From: Lewinellaceae bacterium
Lineage (GTDB): Bacteria; Bacteroidota; Bacteroidia; Chitinophagales; Saprospiraceae
Direction of reading: 5' to 3'
Length of the DNA: 64,000 bases
NCBI GenBank assembly: GCA_020636405.1
Contig: JACJXW010000009.1
Span: 204,641-268,640, forward strand
The position numbers and the translations under genes were made by a program. Below, piece after piece: positions 28,702 through 38,688 of the stretch (the first letter of the stretch is position 1; the number at the start of each line of letters is the position of its first letter). Below the pieces are notes generated by a model. That model ran no database searches. It saw only the letters and a program-made list of their open reading frames with translations, and was not told the DNA's origin.

Positions 28702-29059
28702 GAGTCATGCGAATCAGGAGCTAAAGAGCCCTGAAAGGGCCGGGAGTGCAAAATATCAGACAGATTATACGATACTTTTGGTACGGAGAAATGTGCGATT
28801 TTTGACGTGCGATGTGCGATTTTTGATGGGGCTCCTTGGGAGCAGCCCTTCCGCTCGCCCTACATCGAAAACCGAACATCACAAATCAAACATCATAAAT
28901 CAGAAAGGCGGCCTGCTGAAGCAGTAAAAAAAGGGTTGCCGTTTTCACCTCACATGCTGCACCCTCGATCCCTGCCTCCATCGGCTGCCATTTAGCCCCT
29001 GATTCGCATGAGTCATCCCGAATTTTCGAAATACACGAATTGAAAAATTCGGGATGACT
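28702..29059. repeat. Composite repeat patch: long-range inverted arms (GAGTCATGCGAATCAGG / CCTGATTCGCATGAGTC), CGCACATCAAAAATC-type oligo repeats, a partial copy of the 25.8-kb tail, and a 16-bp perfect hairpin at 29011-29059
   Basis: All read directly. 29011-29026 AGTCATCCCGAATTTT pairs with 29044-29059 AAAATTCGGGATGACT. Confidence 0.65.
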
Positions 29060-29282
29060 GATGTTTTACTATAGCCAGGTCGCCACCGCCAGCGGGGGAT
29101 CAATTCTGTTTTGTGCGCTTATCTGGCTTTTCGGTACGAAAATTCAACCCGCTTCCGGTTTACAGTCCTCCCCTGCGCCTGGAATACCTTCCATTACCTC
29201 CAAAAAGAGCTATCCCCCTATTTCGAAAATGCCTGCCTCGAATTATTTTTAAGGCCTGAAGAAATGCCTTAAAAATAATCGT

Positions 29283-32200
29283 ATGAAAAAAACTGCGCTC
29301 CCAACACTTTTCCTGCTGTTGGCTCACCTCTCTTTCGGCCAGTTCGGGGCCGAGCAACGCATCAACTTCGGCATTACCTGGGCCAATGACGTCCGCCCCG
29401 CTGACCTCGATAGCGACGGCGACCTCGATGTGCTCCTCGCCGGGCAAAACCTCCTGGTGTGGTACGAAAACCTGGACGGTAATGGCAGCTTCGGCGGCAA
29501 ACGCATCATCCGTGAAGAGGGGGCCGACTTCCGCGCCGCCTTTCCGGCTGATCTCGACGGGGATGGCGACCTGGATGTGATCTCCAGCCGGGGACAGGAT
29601 CAGGCCGTCGTCTGGTATGAGAACCTGGGGCAAGGGCAATTCGGCGGACAGCAGTCCGTCATCGCCGTCCTGATCGACCCCTACGGCATCCATGCCGCCG
29701 ACCTGGACGGCGACGGCGATGTGGATGTGCTTGCCACTGCATCCGGTTCCGGCACCGACGGCAAAGTCTTCTGGTTCCCCAATCTGGGCAACGGCGTCTT
29801 CGGCAGCCAGCAGACGCTGGCGACGGCCGCCTCCAGCCGGGCAGTCACCAGCGCCGACCTCGATGGCGACGGGCTGCCGGACGTCCTCTACGGCGCCTTC
29901 TTCGGGGTGCTGCGGTGGACAAAAAACATGGGCAACGGCGCCTTCGCCGTACAGCCTGCACTCAGCACCAGCATAGGTTCGTGGGCCGGCAATGCCATCC
30001 ATACCGCCGACCTGGACGGCGACGGCGATGTGGATGTGGCGGCCGCCAGCCGTGTGAACAACGCCATCGTATGGTTTGAAAATACCGGCGGCGGCAGCTT
30101 CGGCCCGGCCTCCACCGTCAGCACCGAAGCGGCCGGCCCCCGCGCCGTGGCCTCCGGCGACCTGAACGGCGACGGCCTGCCCGACCTCCTGTCTGCCTCC
30201 TCGGATGACAACAAGGTAGCCTGGTATCAAAATATGGGCAACGGCAGCTTCGGGCCCCAGCAATTGCTCTACAACACCACCGGCGGCCCCCATTCGGTGG
30301 CGGCCGCCAACTTCGACAACGACGGCGTTGCGGACGTGCTGGCCGGCATGCGCAACAGCGACAAATCGGTTTGGCTGAAAAACGAAGGCAACGGTAGTTT
30401 CGGCCCGCCCCGGCTCGTCTCCAGGGAAGACCTTTTCCTGCTGCAAACCTTTGCCGCCGACCTGGACGGCGATGACGACCCCGACATCGTCGCTGTTTCC
30501 CGCGACATCAACCGCATCAGCTGGTACGAAAACCTGGGCGGCGGCAACTTCGGCCTGATGCACGTCCTTACCGATGAGGCGGAAGAACCCAGTTCCGCCT
30601 TTGCCGCTGACCTGGACGGCGACGGCGACCTTGATCTGTTGTCTTCTTCGAAAGGGGACGACGAGATCGCTTGGTACGAAAACGATGGGGCCGCCAACTT
30701 TGGCTCTCAACGGGTGCTTTCCGCCAGCCGTCTCAACCCGCCCCTTGTCATCGCCGCCGACCTCGATGGCGACGGCCTCCGGGACGTGCTCTTCCCGGAT
30801 GCTGGGAACGGCACCACCTACTGGTGCCGCAACCTGGGCGGCGGCAACTTCGCTCCGGAACAGAACCGGTGGTTCAACTTCGGCAACGTGCAGGCCTACC
30901 TCCCTGTCGACCTCGATGGCGACGGCGACCTGGATATCCTTGGTTCCTCCAGCGGTAACGACGGCCTTGCCTGGTTCGAGAACGATGGGCAGGCCTCCTT
31001 CACCAAACGCCTTATCTCCCTTGAGCCCGACGCCGCCTTCGGCATTGTTGCCGCCGACCTTGATGGTGATGGCGACTCCGATGTGGCCTGCGCTTCCCGC
31101 GACGATGACGCTGTATCCTGGTTCGCCAACGACGGGAACGGCAACTTCGGGCCTCGGATGCTCCTGCCCGGCGGACTCAACTTTCCCCGCGCTCTGGCGG
31201 CCGGCGATCTCGACCTTGACGGCGACCAGGACCTGGTTGTGGGCGCCTACGAGAGCGACGAGGTGGTTTGGTTCGAAAACCAGGGTGGGGGTGCCTTCAG
31301 TGCTCCCACCCTCCTGGGCGTTGCCGATGGGGTATCCTCCCTAACTGCCGCGGACCTCAACCGGGACGGGGGCCTGGACCTGCTGGCCGGCTCCACCTTC
31401 GACAATAAGATCAGCTGGTACGAGAACTTCGCCGGGCTGGGCGACGCCTTTGTCGCTGCGGGCAGCATCTTCCGGGACGCCAATGGCAACGGCCTGCGGG
31501 ACCCCGGAGAGGAGCCTGTAACCGCTATCCCCCTTTCTTTGGAACCAGCAGCCCTGGCTTCCTATACCAACCCGGAAGGGCAATTCCGCTTCTTCCTTTC
31601 CCCCGGCGGCTACACCCTGGCGCCAGAGCTGGGCGATTGCTGGGAGTTGACCACGGGCCCGACAAGCTACCCGATAGTGATCGATGGACAGAATGCCCCC
31701 GGCCCCTTCCACTTTGGCGTACAGCTGGTGGAGGACGGCCCGGCCGTTTTGCGCCCCACCCTCCTGTCCAATCCCACCCGTTGCGGGTTTAATGCCAATT
31801 TCTGGCTCAACCTGCACAACGAAGGTTGTACCGTGGAGAACGGCGCCGTAAAACTGGCCCTCAGCCCGCTGGTATCCCTCCTGCTGGCCAACCCCGCTCC
31901 CGTCGAGGTGGCGGGCGACACCCTGGTTTGGCACTTCGACAACCTTTACCCCGGTGAGTACCGGCAGGTATTCCTGCAGTTCGAGGTCGCCGGGGCGGAA
32001 TTTCTGGGGGAATTCATCCGCATGCCGGTACTGGCCTTCGTTGAAGAGAGCCCCGGCAACCTGGCCCTGAACGACACCTTTATCTTCAGCTCGGAAATAC
32101 GCTGTGCCTATGACCCCAACGATAAACTAGCCCTGCCGCAACGCAGCCAGGAGCCTCTTTATGATGTCAATTACACCCTCTTCGGTGAAGAGCTGCTCTA

Positions 32201-33287
32201 TACCGTGCGTTTCCAGAATACCGGCAACGACACTGCGTTCAACGTAGTGGTTCGCGACTACCTTTCCCCATCCCTCGACTGGCATACCCTGCGCCCGCTG
32301 AGCAGCAGCCACCCCTTCGAGGCCACTCTGAATCGCGATAACGGGCTGCTCGAACTCCAGTTCCGCAACATTCTGTTGCCCGACAGCACCACCAACGAGC
32401 CGGCCAGCCACGGCTACGTCAACTTCGCCATCTATGCCGGCGAGGGCCTCGCCGAGAATACCACCGTTCCGAATACCGCCCGGATCTACTTCGACTTCAA
32501 TCCGCCCATCATCACCAACACGACGGAGAATGTGCTTGTCTCGGCCCTGCCGCAGGCTCCGGCGGCCAACTTTACTTATTTCAACGCCCCGCCTTCCCTG
32601 CAGGTGGACTTCGAGGACCTCTCCGCCAACGCCCCTACGAGTTGGCTGTGGACCTTTGGCGACGGCAACGGCAGCACCCAACAGCACCCCACCCATACCT
32701 ATGCCGATCCCGGTAGCTACGTCGTAGGCCTGCGTGTGAGCAACGCCCTGGGAGCCGATTCCGTGTTTTCACTCCTATTCCTGGAAGCGCCGCCCCGGGC
32801 AGATTTTTTCTTCGTGATCGATAGCCTGACTGTGCAGTTCCTCGACAATTCCATCTTTGATCCCACCGACTGGTATTGGGACTTCGGCGATGGCAACACG
32901 TCCACCTTCCGCGATCCCACCCACACCTATACTGCCCCCGGCCTGTACCTGGTATGCCTCACCGTCACCAACGCCGCGGGCAGTGACACAGTCTGCCAGG
33001 AAGTCGAACTGATCGTCAATGGCGCCAGAGAACAGGAGCGCCTGCTGTCCTTCACCATCCTGCCGCAGCCGGCGGGCAGCCAGGCCCTCCTCCGCTTCGG
33101 GCAGCCGCTGCCGCCGGGTGCCCGCCTGATGCTTTTCAGTCCACTGGGGCGGCGGGTTTCTATCCCCTGCCAAACAGGCGGCCGGGAAATGCACCTGGAC
33201 ACAAGCGCCCTGCCGGCGGGAGTGTATGGGTTTGAAGTGAGTGCAGGGAGGAATATACTGGCGAGAGGGAGGTTAGTGAAAAGGTGA
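29283..33287 (+). CDS. Large secreted FG-GAP/VCBS-repeat protein with PKD domains and a T9SS C-terminal sorting domain
   Basis: More than 10 repeats of ADLDGDGDLDV...W[YF]EN.G.G.F. Two PKD-like modules (WLWTFGDGNGSTQQHPTHTYADPGSYVV; WYWDFGDGNTSTFRDPTHTYTAPGLYLV). Signal peptide. Confidence 0.85.
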   Translation: MKKTALPTLFLLLAHLSFGQFGAEQRINFGITWANDVRPADLDSDGDLDVLLAGQNLLVWYENLDGNGSFGGKRIIREEGADFRAAFPADLDGDGDLDVISSRGQDQAVVWYENLGQGQFGGQQSVIAVLIDPYGIHAADLDGDGDVDVLATASGSGTDGKVFWFPNLGNGVFGSQQTLATAASSRAVTSADLDGDGLPDVLYGAFFGVLRWTKNMGNGAFAVQPALSTSIGSWAGNAIHTADLDGDGDVDVAAASRVNNAIVWFENTGGGSFGPASTVSTEAAGPRAVASGDLNGDGLPDLLSASSDDNKVAWYQNMGNGSFGPQQLLYNTTGGPHSVAAANFDNDGVADVLAGMRNSDKSVWLKNEGNGSFGPPRLVSREDLFLLQTFAADLDGDDDPDIVAVSRDINRISWYENLGGGNFGLMHVLTDEAEEPSSAFAADLDGDGDLDLLSSSKGDDEIAWYENDGAANFGSQRVLSASRLNPPLVIAADLDGDGLRDVLFPDAGNGTTYWCRNLGGGNFAPEQNRWFNFGNVQAYLPVDLDGDGDLDILGSSSGNDGLAWFENDGQASFTKRLISLEPDAAFGIVAADLDGDGDSDVACASRDDDAVSWFANDGNGNFGPRMLLPGGLNFPRALAAGDLDLDGDQDLVVGAYESDEVVWFENQGGGAFSAPTLLGVADGVSSLTAADLNRDGGLDLLAGSTFDNKISWYENFAGLGDAFVAAGSIFRDANGNGLRDPGEEPVTAIPLSLEPAALASYTNPEGQFRFFLSPGGYTLAPELGDCWELTTGPTSYPIVIDGQNAPGPFHFGVQLVEDGPAVLRPTLLSNPTRCGFNANFWLNLHNEGCTVENGAVKLALSPLVSLLLANPAPVEVAGDTLVWHFDNLYPGEYRQVFLQFEVAGAEFLGEFIRMPVLAFVEESPGNLALNDTFIFSSEIRCAYDPNDKLALPQRSQEPLYDVNYTLFGEELLYTVRFQNTGNDTAFNVVVRDYLSPSLDWHTLRPLSSSHPFEATLNRDNGLLELQFRNILLPDSTTNEPASHGYVNFAIYAGEGLAENTTVPNTARIYFDFNPPIITNTTENVLVSALPQAPAANFTYFNAPPSLQVDFEDLSANAPTSWLWTFGDGNGSTQQHPTHTYADPGSYVVGLRVSNALGADSVFSLLFLEAPPRADFFFVIDSLTVQFLDNSIFDPTDWYWDFGDGNTSTFRDPTHTYTAPGLYLVCLTVTNAAGSDTVCQEVELIVNGAREQERLLSFTILPQPAGSQALLRFGQPLPPGARLMLFSPLGRRVSIPCQTGGREMHLDTSALPAGVYGFEVSAGRNILARGRLVKR

Positions 33288-33386
33288 GGGGGCGAACACC
33301 CTAACATCAGTTTTATACAGAGAAATCCGGATTGTTTAACTTTGCCCCAAACCCTTACCGTTCGCCACTGCAACATCTTCAGGATC

Positions 33387-34175
33387 ATGGAAAAAAGAAT
33401 TGTCATTGCCATCCTCACTATTGCCGCATTCATCCTTTCCCAGAAGGCAGCTGAGTTCTTGAAGCTGTTCAGCTGGTACGTGGAAATGGACGCTCAGGCC
33501 CGCGGGGTATTCTACAAGATCACCTGGTACGTCGCTTTCCCGCTCTTCATTCTGGGGCTCTTCCACGGCTTCAGGAATGTGCAGGAAGCTGCCGGCCTGT
33601 CCCTTTCCAAACTAAGGTATGGCCTGAGGGCCGGCCTTATCGGCACGTTGCCCATGTTGCTGGGAACCGGCCTGCTCGCCAATTTCAACCTGACGATCAA
33701 CCCGTCCGCCATCCTTATTGGCTGCCTGTTGGCCGCCGTCGGCGAGGAGATCCTCTACCGGGGGCTGCTCTTCGGACAATTGTTCCGCCATGCCCAATGG
33801 GGTTTCGTCTTTGCCGGGCTGGCCAGCGCCTTGTTCTTCGGGGCAGGGCACCTCTATCAGGGGTACAGTTGGGGGAGCCTCGCCGGTATCTTCCTGGTCA
33901 CTTTCATGGGCGGCATGTGGTTCAGCTGGCTGTACGTCGAGTACGGCTACAACCTGTGGGTACCCATGAGCTACCACTTTTTTATGAACCTTTCCTGGGC
34001 GGTTTTCGAAGTCAGTGACAACGCCCTCGGCGGAGTGGGCCCCAATGTTTTCCGGGCGGCCACCATCGCCTTGTCCATCTGGCTGACGATCCGCCACAAG
34101 CGGAAGACGGGCGAAGCGTGGGTAGTGGCCGGCCGCCGCTGGTGGAGGGGCGATGCGGTGCAAACGGCTACCTGA
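33387..34175 (+). CDS. CPBP-family (CAAX-like) intramembrane glutamic protease
   Basis: EEILYRGLLF, FGAGH and SYHFFMN motifs in a multi-TM protein. Confidence 0.8.
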   Translation: MEKRIVIAILTIAAFILSQKAAEFLKLFSWYVEMDAQARGVFYKITWYVAFPLFILGLFHGFRNVQEAAGLSLSKLRYGLRAGLIGTLPMLLGTGLLANFNLTINPSAILIGCLLAAVGEEILYRGLLFGQLFRHAQWGFVFAGLASALFFGAGHLYQGYSWGSLAGIFLVTFMGGMWFSWLYVEYGYNLWVPMSYHFFMNLSWAVFEVSDNALGGVGPNVFRAATIALSIWLTIRHKRKTGEAWVVAGRRWWRGDAVQTAT

Positions 34176-34227
34176 AAACGGATACCCCGGAGGGGGGTTA
34201 TTGGGCTGAAAATTCATTGAAAGGGAG

Positions 34228-34308
34228 TGTTCGGAATTCGCTGTTCGATTCGAATCAACGAATCCCGAATCAACGAACCCCGAATCAACGAACCCCGAAT
34301 CAACGAAT
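34228..34308. repeat. REP-like core TGTTCGGAATTCGCTGTTCG followed by tandem CGAATCAACGAA[TC]CC units
   Basis: Direct reading. The core is the reverse complement of the motif at 57791-57810. Confidence 0.75.
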
Positions 34309-34415
34309 AACCCACCACTCGCCGCAGTTCAACCCCCAAAATAAGCAGTTCAACTTTTTTCGGTTTCGGGCGATGGTTTTGGGCTGGATATTTGAACCCA
34401 GAACAAACCAAGACC

Positions 34416-36797
34416 ATGAAAAAGATACCACTTATTCTCGCTTTCTTCAGCCTGTTATCCATGCTGTCCGCCCAAACCGGAACGGTAAAGGGCACGGTAC
34501 TCGACCAGCAATCGGAAATGCCCGTCATCGGCGCCACGGTGCAGCTGGTGGGGGCCGAAACGCCGGTAGGCGCCATCACCGATATAGATGGCTATTTCGT
34601 ACTCGAAAAGGTGCCGGCCGGCCGCAACGTATTGCAGGTCCAGTATGTGGGCTACGAAATGCTCACCCTGCCGAACGTGGAAGTCTCCACTGGTAAGGAC
34701 GTCATTCTGAACATCGCCATCCAGGAAAAGGTCAGCCAGCTCAACGAGGTGGTGGTGGTGGCCAAAACCATCAAAGACCGCCCGCAGAACGACATGGCGG
34801 CCGTTTCGGCCCGGCAGTTTTCCGTCGAGGAGGTCAACCGCTTCTCCGGCGGACGCAGCGATGTGGCCCGCCTGGCCTCTAACTTCGCCGGCGTTTCCGC
34901 TCCCGATGACAGCCGCAACGACATCGTCATCCGGGGCAATTCGCCGACGGGCGTGCTCTGGCGCATCGAGGGCATCCCGGTGCCCAACCCCAACCACTTC
35001 TCCACCTTCGGCACCACCGGCAGCCCGGTCAGCGCCCTGAACCCCAATGTGCTGCGCAATTCCGACTTCCTCACCTCGGCCTTTCCCGCCGAGTACGGCA
35101 ACGCCAACGCCGGCGTGTTCGACATCGGCTTCCGCAGCGGCAACCGCGACCGCCATGAGTTCACCCTGCAGGCCGGAGCGTTCAGCGGCCTGGAAGGCAT
35201 GGCTGAAGGGCCGCTCGGCAACAACGGCGGCTCCTACCTGGTGGCCGGCCGCTACTCCCTCATCGGCCTGATCGGAGCGGGCAGCACCGCCGCAACACCC
35301 AACTACCAGGACCTTTCCTTCAAGGTAGACCTGGGCCGCACCAAGGCGGGCAAGTTCTCCATCTTCGGCATCGGCGGCCGGTCAGACATCACCTTCCTCG
35401 GCTCCGAAATCGAGGAAGGCGACCTGTTCGCCGCCGAAGATGAGGACGGCTACGTCGACTCCCGCTTCGGCGTGCTCGGACTGTCGCACAACCTCATCGT
35501 CGGCGAAAACAGCTACATCCGGACTGTCCTGGGCGGCTCCTTCCAGGGCAACAACTTCGAGCAGGACCGCTACTACAACCTGCACTCCGCCGAAGCCACC
35601 AGGCTGCGCATCACCGAAGTAGACAACGCCGAATCGCGCTTTACCCTTTCCACCTATTTCAACTCCAAGATCAACGCCCGGCTGGCCGTCCGGACGGGCC
35701 TGCTGTACGAGAACCTCGGCAACAACTCCATCTTTCGAGACCGCGAAGACGCCCCCGACCGCGACGGTGACGGCGAGGCCGACTGGTTCACCGTCTACGA
35801 TATCGACGGCCGCTTTAGCCTGGTGCAGCCCTTTGCGCAGGCCAAATACCGCCTGGCCGAAAAGATCGAGATCAACGCCGGCCTCCACGGCCAGTATTCC
35901 ACCCTCAACGAACAGCTTGCCCTGGAGCCAAGAGCTTCGGCCAGCTACGCCTTCAACTCGAAACACCGCGTCACCCTCGGCTACGGCATGCACAGCCAGA
36001 TGGCGCCCCTGCCCATCCTCTTCCTCAACGAGGAGGTGGACGGTGAGTTGGTGCGGGCCAACGAAAGCCTCGACTTCGTCCGCTCCCAACACTATGTACT
36101 GGGCTACGACACCCGCCTGTCCCAGGACTGGCGCCTGAAAACCGAAGTGTACTACCAGGACATCAGCCGGGCGCCGGTGGAAATGGCCCCCACCAGCTAT
36201 TCCACCCTGACAGAGGGCGCGGATTTCGCCTTCTCCGATGACAAAACCTCCCTGGTGAGCGAAGGCACGGGCTTCAACCGCGGCGTCGAACTGACCCTGG
36301 AGAAGTTCTACAGCAAAGGCTACTATACCCTGCTGACTACCTCTCTTTTCGAGAGCAAGTACGAAGGCAGCGACGGCATCGAGCGCAACACTCCCTTCAA
36401 CAACGGCTACGTGTTGAACCTGCTGGCCGGCAAGGAGTTCAAGATCGGCAAAGGCGGCAAGAATGCCATCGTCTTCGATACCAAGCTGACCACTGCCGGC
36501 GGCCGCTGGTACACCCCGGTAAACCTGGAAGCGTCGCGGAACGCCGGGTTCGAGGTCTTGCAAACGGAACTGGCCTTCAGCGAACAGTACGACAGCTATT
36601 TCCGCTGGGATGTCAAGCTGGGCCTGAAGCTCAACAGCAGCCGGAAGAAGGTCTTCCACCAGTTCTTCATCGACCTGCAGAACGTCACCAACCAGCAGAA
36701 CATCTTCGCCCGCCAGTACAACCGCCTGACCAACAACATAGATCAGGTGAATCAGATCGGCTTCTTCCCCGACTTTTTGTACCGGGTGCAGTTTTAG
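34416..36797 (+). CDS. TonB-dependent receptor-like outer-membrane protein with an N-terminal carboxypeptidase-regulatory-like domain
   Basis: Signal peptide. GTVKGTVLDQQSEMPVIGATVQL (CarbopepD_reg-like). Plug-like region (DIVIRGNSPTGVLWRIEGIPV). Terminal aromatic residue (...YRVQF). Confidence 0.8.
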   Translation: MKKIPLILAFFSLLSMLSAQTGTVKGTVLDQQSEMPVIGATVQLVGAETPVGAITDIDGYFVLEKVPAGRNVLQVQYVGYEMLTLPNVEVSTGKDVILNIAIQEKVSQLNEVVVVAKTIKDRPQNDMAAVSARQFSVEEVNRFSGGRSDVARLASNFAGVSAPDDSRNDIVIRGNSPTGVLWRIEGIPVPNPNHFSTFGTTGSPVSALNPNVLRNSDFLTSAFPAEYGNANAGVFDIGFRSGNRDRHEFTLQAGAFSGLEGMAEGPLGNNGGSYLVAGRYSLIGLIGAGSTAATPNYQDLSFKVDLGRTKAGKFSIFGIGGRSDITFLGSEIEEGDLFAAEDEDGYVDSRFGVLGLSHNLIVGENSYIRTVLGGSFQGNNFEQDRYYNLHSAEATRLRITEVDNAESRFTLSTYFNSKINARLAVRTGLLYENLGNNSIFRDREDAPDRDGDGEADWFTVYDIDGRFSLVQPFAQAKYRLAEKIEINAGLHGQYSTLNEQLALEPRASASYAFNSKHRVTLGYGMHSQMAPLPILFLNEEVDGELVRANESLDFVRSQHYVLGYDTRLSQDWRLKTEVYYQDISRAPVEMAPTSYSTLTEGADFAFSDDKTSLVSEGTGFNRGVELTLEKFYSKGYYTLLTTSLFESKYEGSDGIERNTPFNNGYVLNLLAGKEFKIGKGGKNAIVFDTKLTTAGGRWYTPVNLEASRNAGFEVLQTELAFSEQYDSYFRWDVKLGLKLNSSRKKVFHQFFIDLQNVTNQQNIFARQYNRLTNNIDQVNQIGFFPDFLYRVQF

Positions 36798-36824
36798 AGT
36801 TTTATCTTTCGGCCTTTGAAACTG

Positions 36825-37898
36825 ATGCTTCGATACATGATCAAACCGAACATCCCCTACCTCGCTTTTGACGACCGGCCGCTGATGCTGGTGGGCATTC
36901 CACTGCTGGCGCTGATCATCCCCTTTGTCTTCTTCGGGGTGGGCCTGCAGGAGTACCTGGCGGCGGTGCCCCAGGAATACTTTGAAGGACTGGCCTATAC
37001 CGCCGCCTTTTGGTTTTTCAACCGGTACCTGATGATCGTGTTGCGCAGGCGGTTCCAGGCCTTCGAGGACACGATGAAGCGGCTGGCCCTGCAGCTGGCC
37101 ATCATTGCCGTGGCGGTGCCCGTCATCTCGGTGAGCCTGGCCATGGCCTTCAACGCCGTCTACCGGGTGATCGGCACGGAAGACCTGCTCGAACCCACCC
37201 TTTTTCAGGGGCTGAGTTCCACTTACGTCCTAACCTTTGCCATCGCCATGTTCTACGAAGCCATTTATTTCTTCCATAAATTCAAGGAGGCCATACAGGA
37301 GAAGGACCGCATCCGGATGGCGCACATACAAGGGCAGCTCGACAACCTGCGCAACCAGATCAACCCCCATTTCCTGTTCAACAGCCTCAATACCCTGATG
37401 AACCTGATCCCCACCGACCCCGGCCGGGCAATGAATTACCTGGACAAGCTGTCGAAATTCTACCGCTACGCGGTCAGCAACCACGACCAGCAACTGGCGC
37501 CCCTGCAGACCGAGCTCGACAATACGCACATCTACGCCGCTCTGCTGCAGGAGCGTTTCCACGACGGCATCCGGATCACGCTGCCCGCAGAGGCGCCCGG
37601 CGCTGCCCGCATCCTGCCGCTGAGCCTGCAGCTGCTGATCGAAAACGCGGTGAAACACAACGTCGTTTCCCGGAAAAAGCCCCTCCACATCGAGGTGGAA
37701 ATAACGCCGGGCGAAAAGGCCATCCTGGTGAAGAACAACATCCAGAAGAAGATCCGGGAAGACAACTCCACCGGCGTGGGGCTGAAGAACATCCGCTCCC
37801 GTATGGCCTTCTTTACTGAAGAGCCCCTCACCGTCGTTGAAGAAGACGGCTCCTTCACCGTGGCCGTACCGTTAATCTTTTCAAACCAGTACCTATGA
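36825..37898 (+). CDS. LytS/YehU-type sensor histidine kinase
   Basis: Multi-TM N-terminus, then QINPHFLFNSLNTL (His_kinase) and LQLLIENAVKHN / GVGLKNI ATPase motifs. Start ambiguous (TTG 36816, ATG 36825 or ATG 36837). Confidence 0.82.
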   Translation: MLRYMIKPNIPYLAFDDRPLMLVGIPLLALIIPFVFFGVGLQEYLAAVPQEYFEGLAYTAAFWFFNRYLMIVLRRRFQAFEDTMKRLALQLAIIAVAVPVISVSLAMAFNAVYRVIGTEDLLEPTLFQGLSSTYVLTFAIAMFYEAIYFFHKFKEAIQEKDRIRMAHIQGQLDNLRNQINPHFLFNSLNTLMNLIPTDPGRAMNYLDKLSKFYRYAVSNHDQQLAPLQTELDNTHIYAALLQERFHDGIRITLPAEAPGAARILPLSLQLLIENAVKHNVVSRKKPLHIEVEITPGEKAILVKNNIQKKIREDNSTGVGLKNIRSRMAFFTEEPLTVVEEDGSFTVAVPLIFSNQYL

Positions 37899-38653
37899 AG
37901 ACCCTGATCGTCGAAGATGAGATCAACGCCTTCCAGTACCTGAAGGCTTCCCTGAAAAAGATCGACCCCGATATAGAAGTGCTGGCGCACCTGGAGAGCG
38001 TGGAAGATACCGTCAACTGGCTGATAGACAACCCCAGCCCCGACCTGATCTTCCTGGATATTGAACTGTCGGACGGGCGCAGCTTCGAGATATTCGAGCA
38101 CCTTGAGGTGCTCGCCCCCATCATCTTTACCACCGCCTACGACCAGTACGCCATCGAGGCCTTCCGGCAGAACAGCATCGGCTACCTGCTCAAGCCCATC
38201 CACGTAGACGAACTGCGCAAAGCCCTTGAGAAGTACAACCGGCTGCGCCCCGCCCCTGATGCGGAGGCGCCCGCCCAGCTGCAGGCCGTTTTCCGTAAGC
38301 TGAACCAGCAGAAAAAGCTCCGCTGCCTGGTGAAGAAGGGCGCCCACTACGAGTTCATCAACATCGAGGACATCGCCTGCGTGTACTCCGAGGAGGGCCT
38401 GACCTTCCTGCACACCTTCCAGCGGCAACGCCACCTCTACACGAGCACCGTGGAAGGCCTCATTGCCGGCCTGGACCAACAGGCCTTCTTCCAGATCAAC
38501 CGCGGGCAGATCGTCAACATCAATGCCGTCGATAAGATACACCCCTACTTCAACCAGCGCATGAAACTGGAGCTGTCAGCGCCGGTAGAGGGCGTGGAGT
38601 TCGTGGTGAGCCGGGCGCGGGTAGGGGAGTTTCGGGAGTGGGTGGATAGTTAG
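37895..38653 (+). CDS. LytTR-family response regulator
   Basis: The receiver domain (MKTLIVEDE...DLIFLDIELSDG) overlaps the kinase stop codon (ATGA). C-terminal LytTR-like region. Confidence 0.9.
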   Translation: MKTLIVEDEINAFQYLKASLKKIDPDIEVLAHLESVEDTVNWLIDNPSPDLIFLDIELSDGRSFEIFEHLEVLAPIIFTTAYDQYAIEAFRQNSIGYLLKPIHVDELRKALEKYNRLRPAPDAEAPAQLQAVFRKLNQQKKLRCLVKKGAHYEFINIEDIACVYSEEGLTFLHTFQRQRHLYTSTVEGLIAGLDQQAFFQINRGQIVNINAVDKIHPYFNQRMKLELSAPVEGVEFVVSRARVGEFREWVDS

Positions 38654-38688
38654 GGGGAGGCTCAGCGATATGGTTCAACCGCTCTCTG

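Noticed and set aside
29160-30710. 516-aa minus-strand ORF opposite the FG-GAP protein gene
   Set aside because: Antisense shadow of the repetitive FG-GAP coding sequence. Its composition is low-complexity and it lacks motifs.
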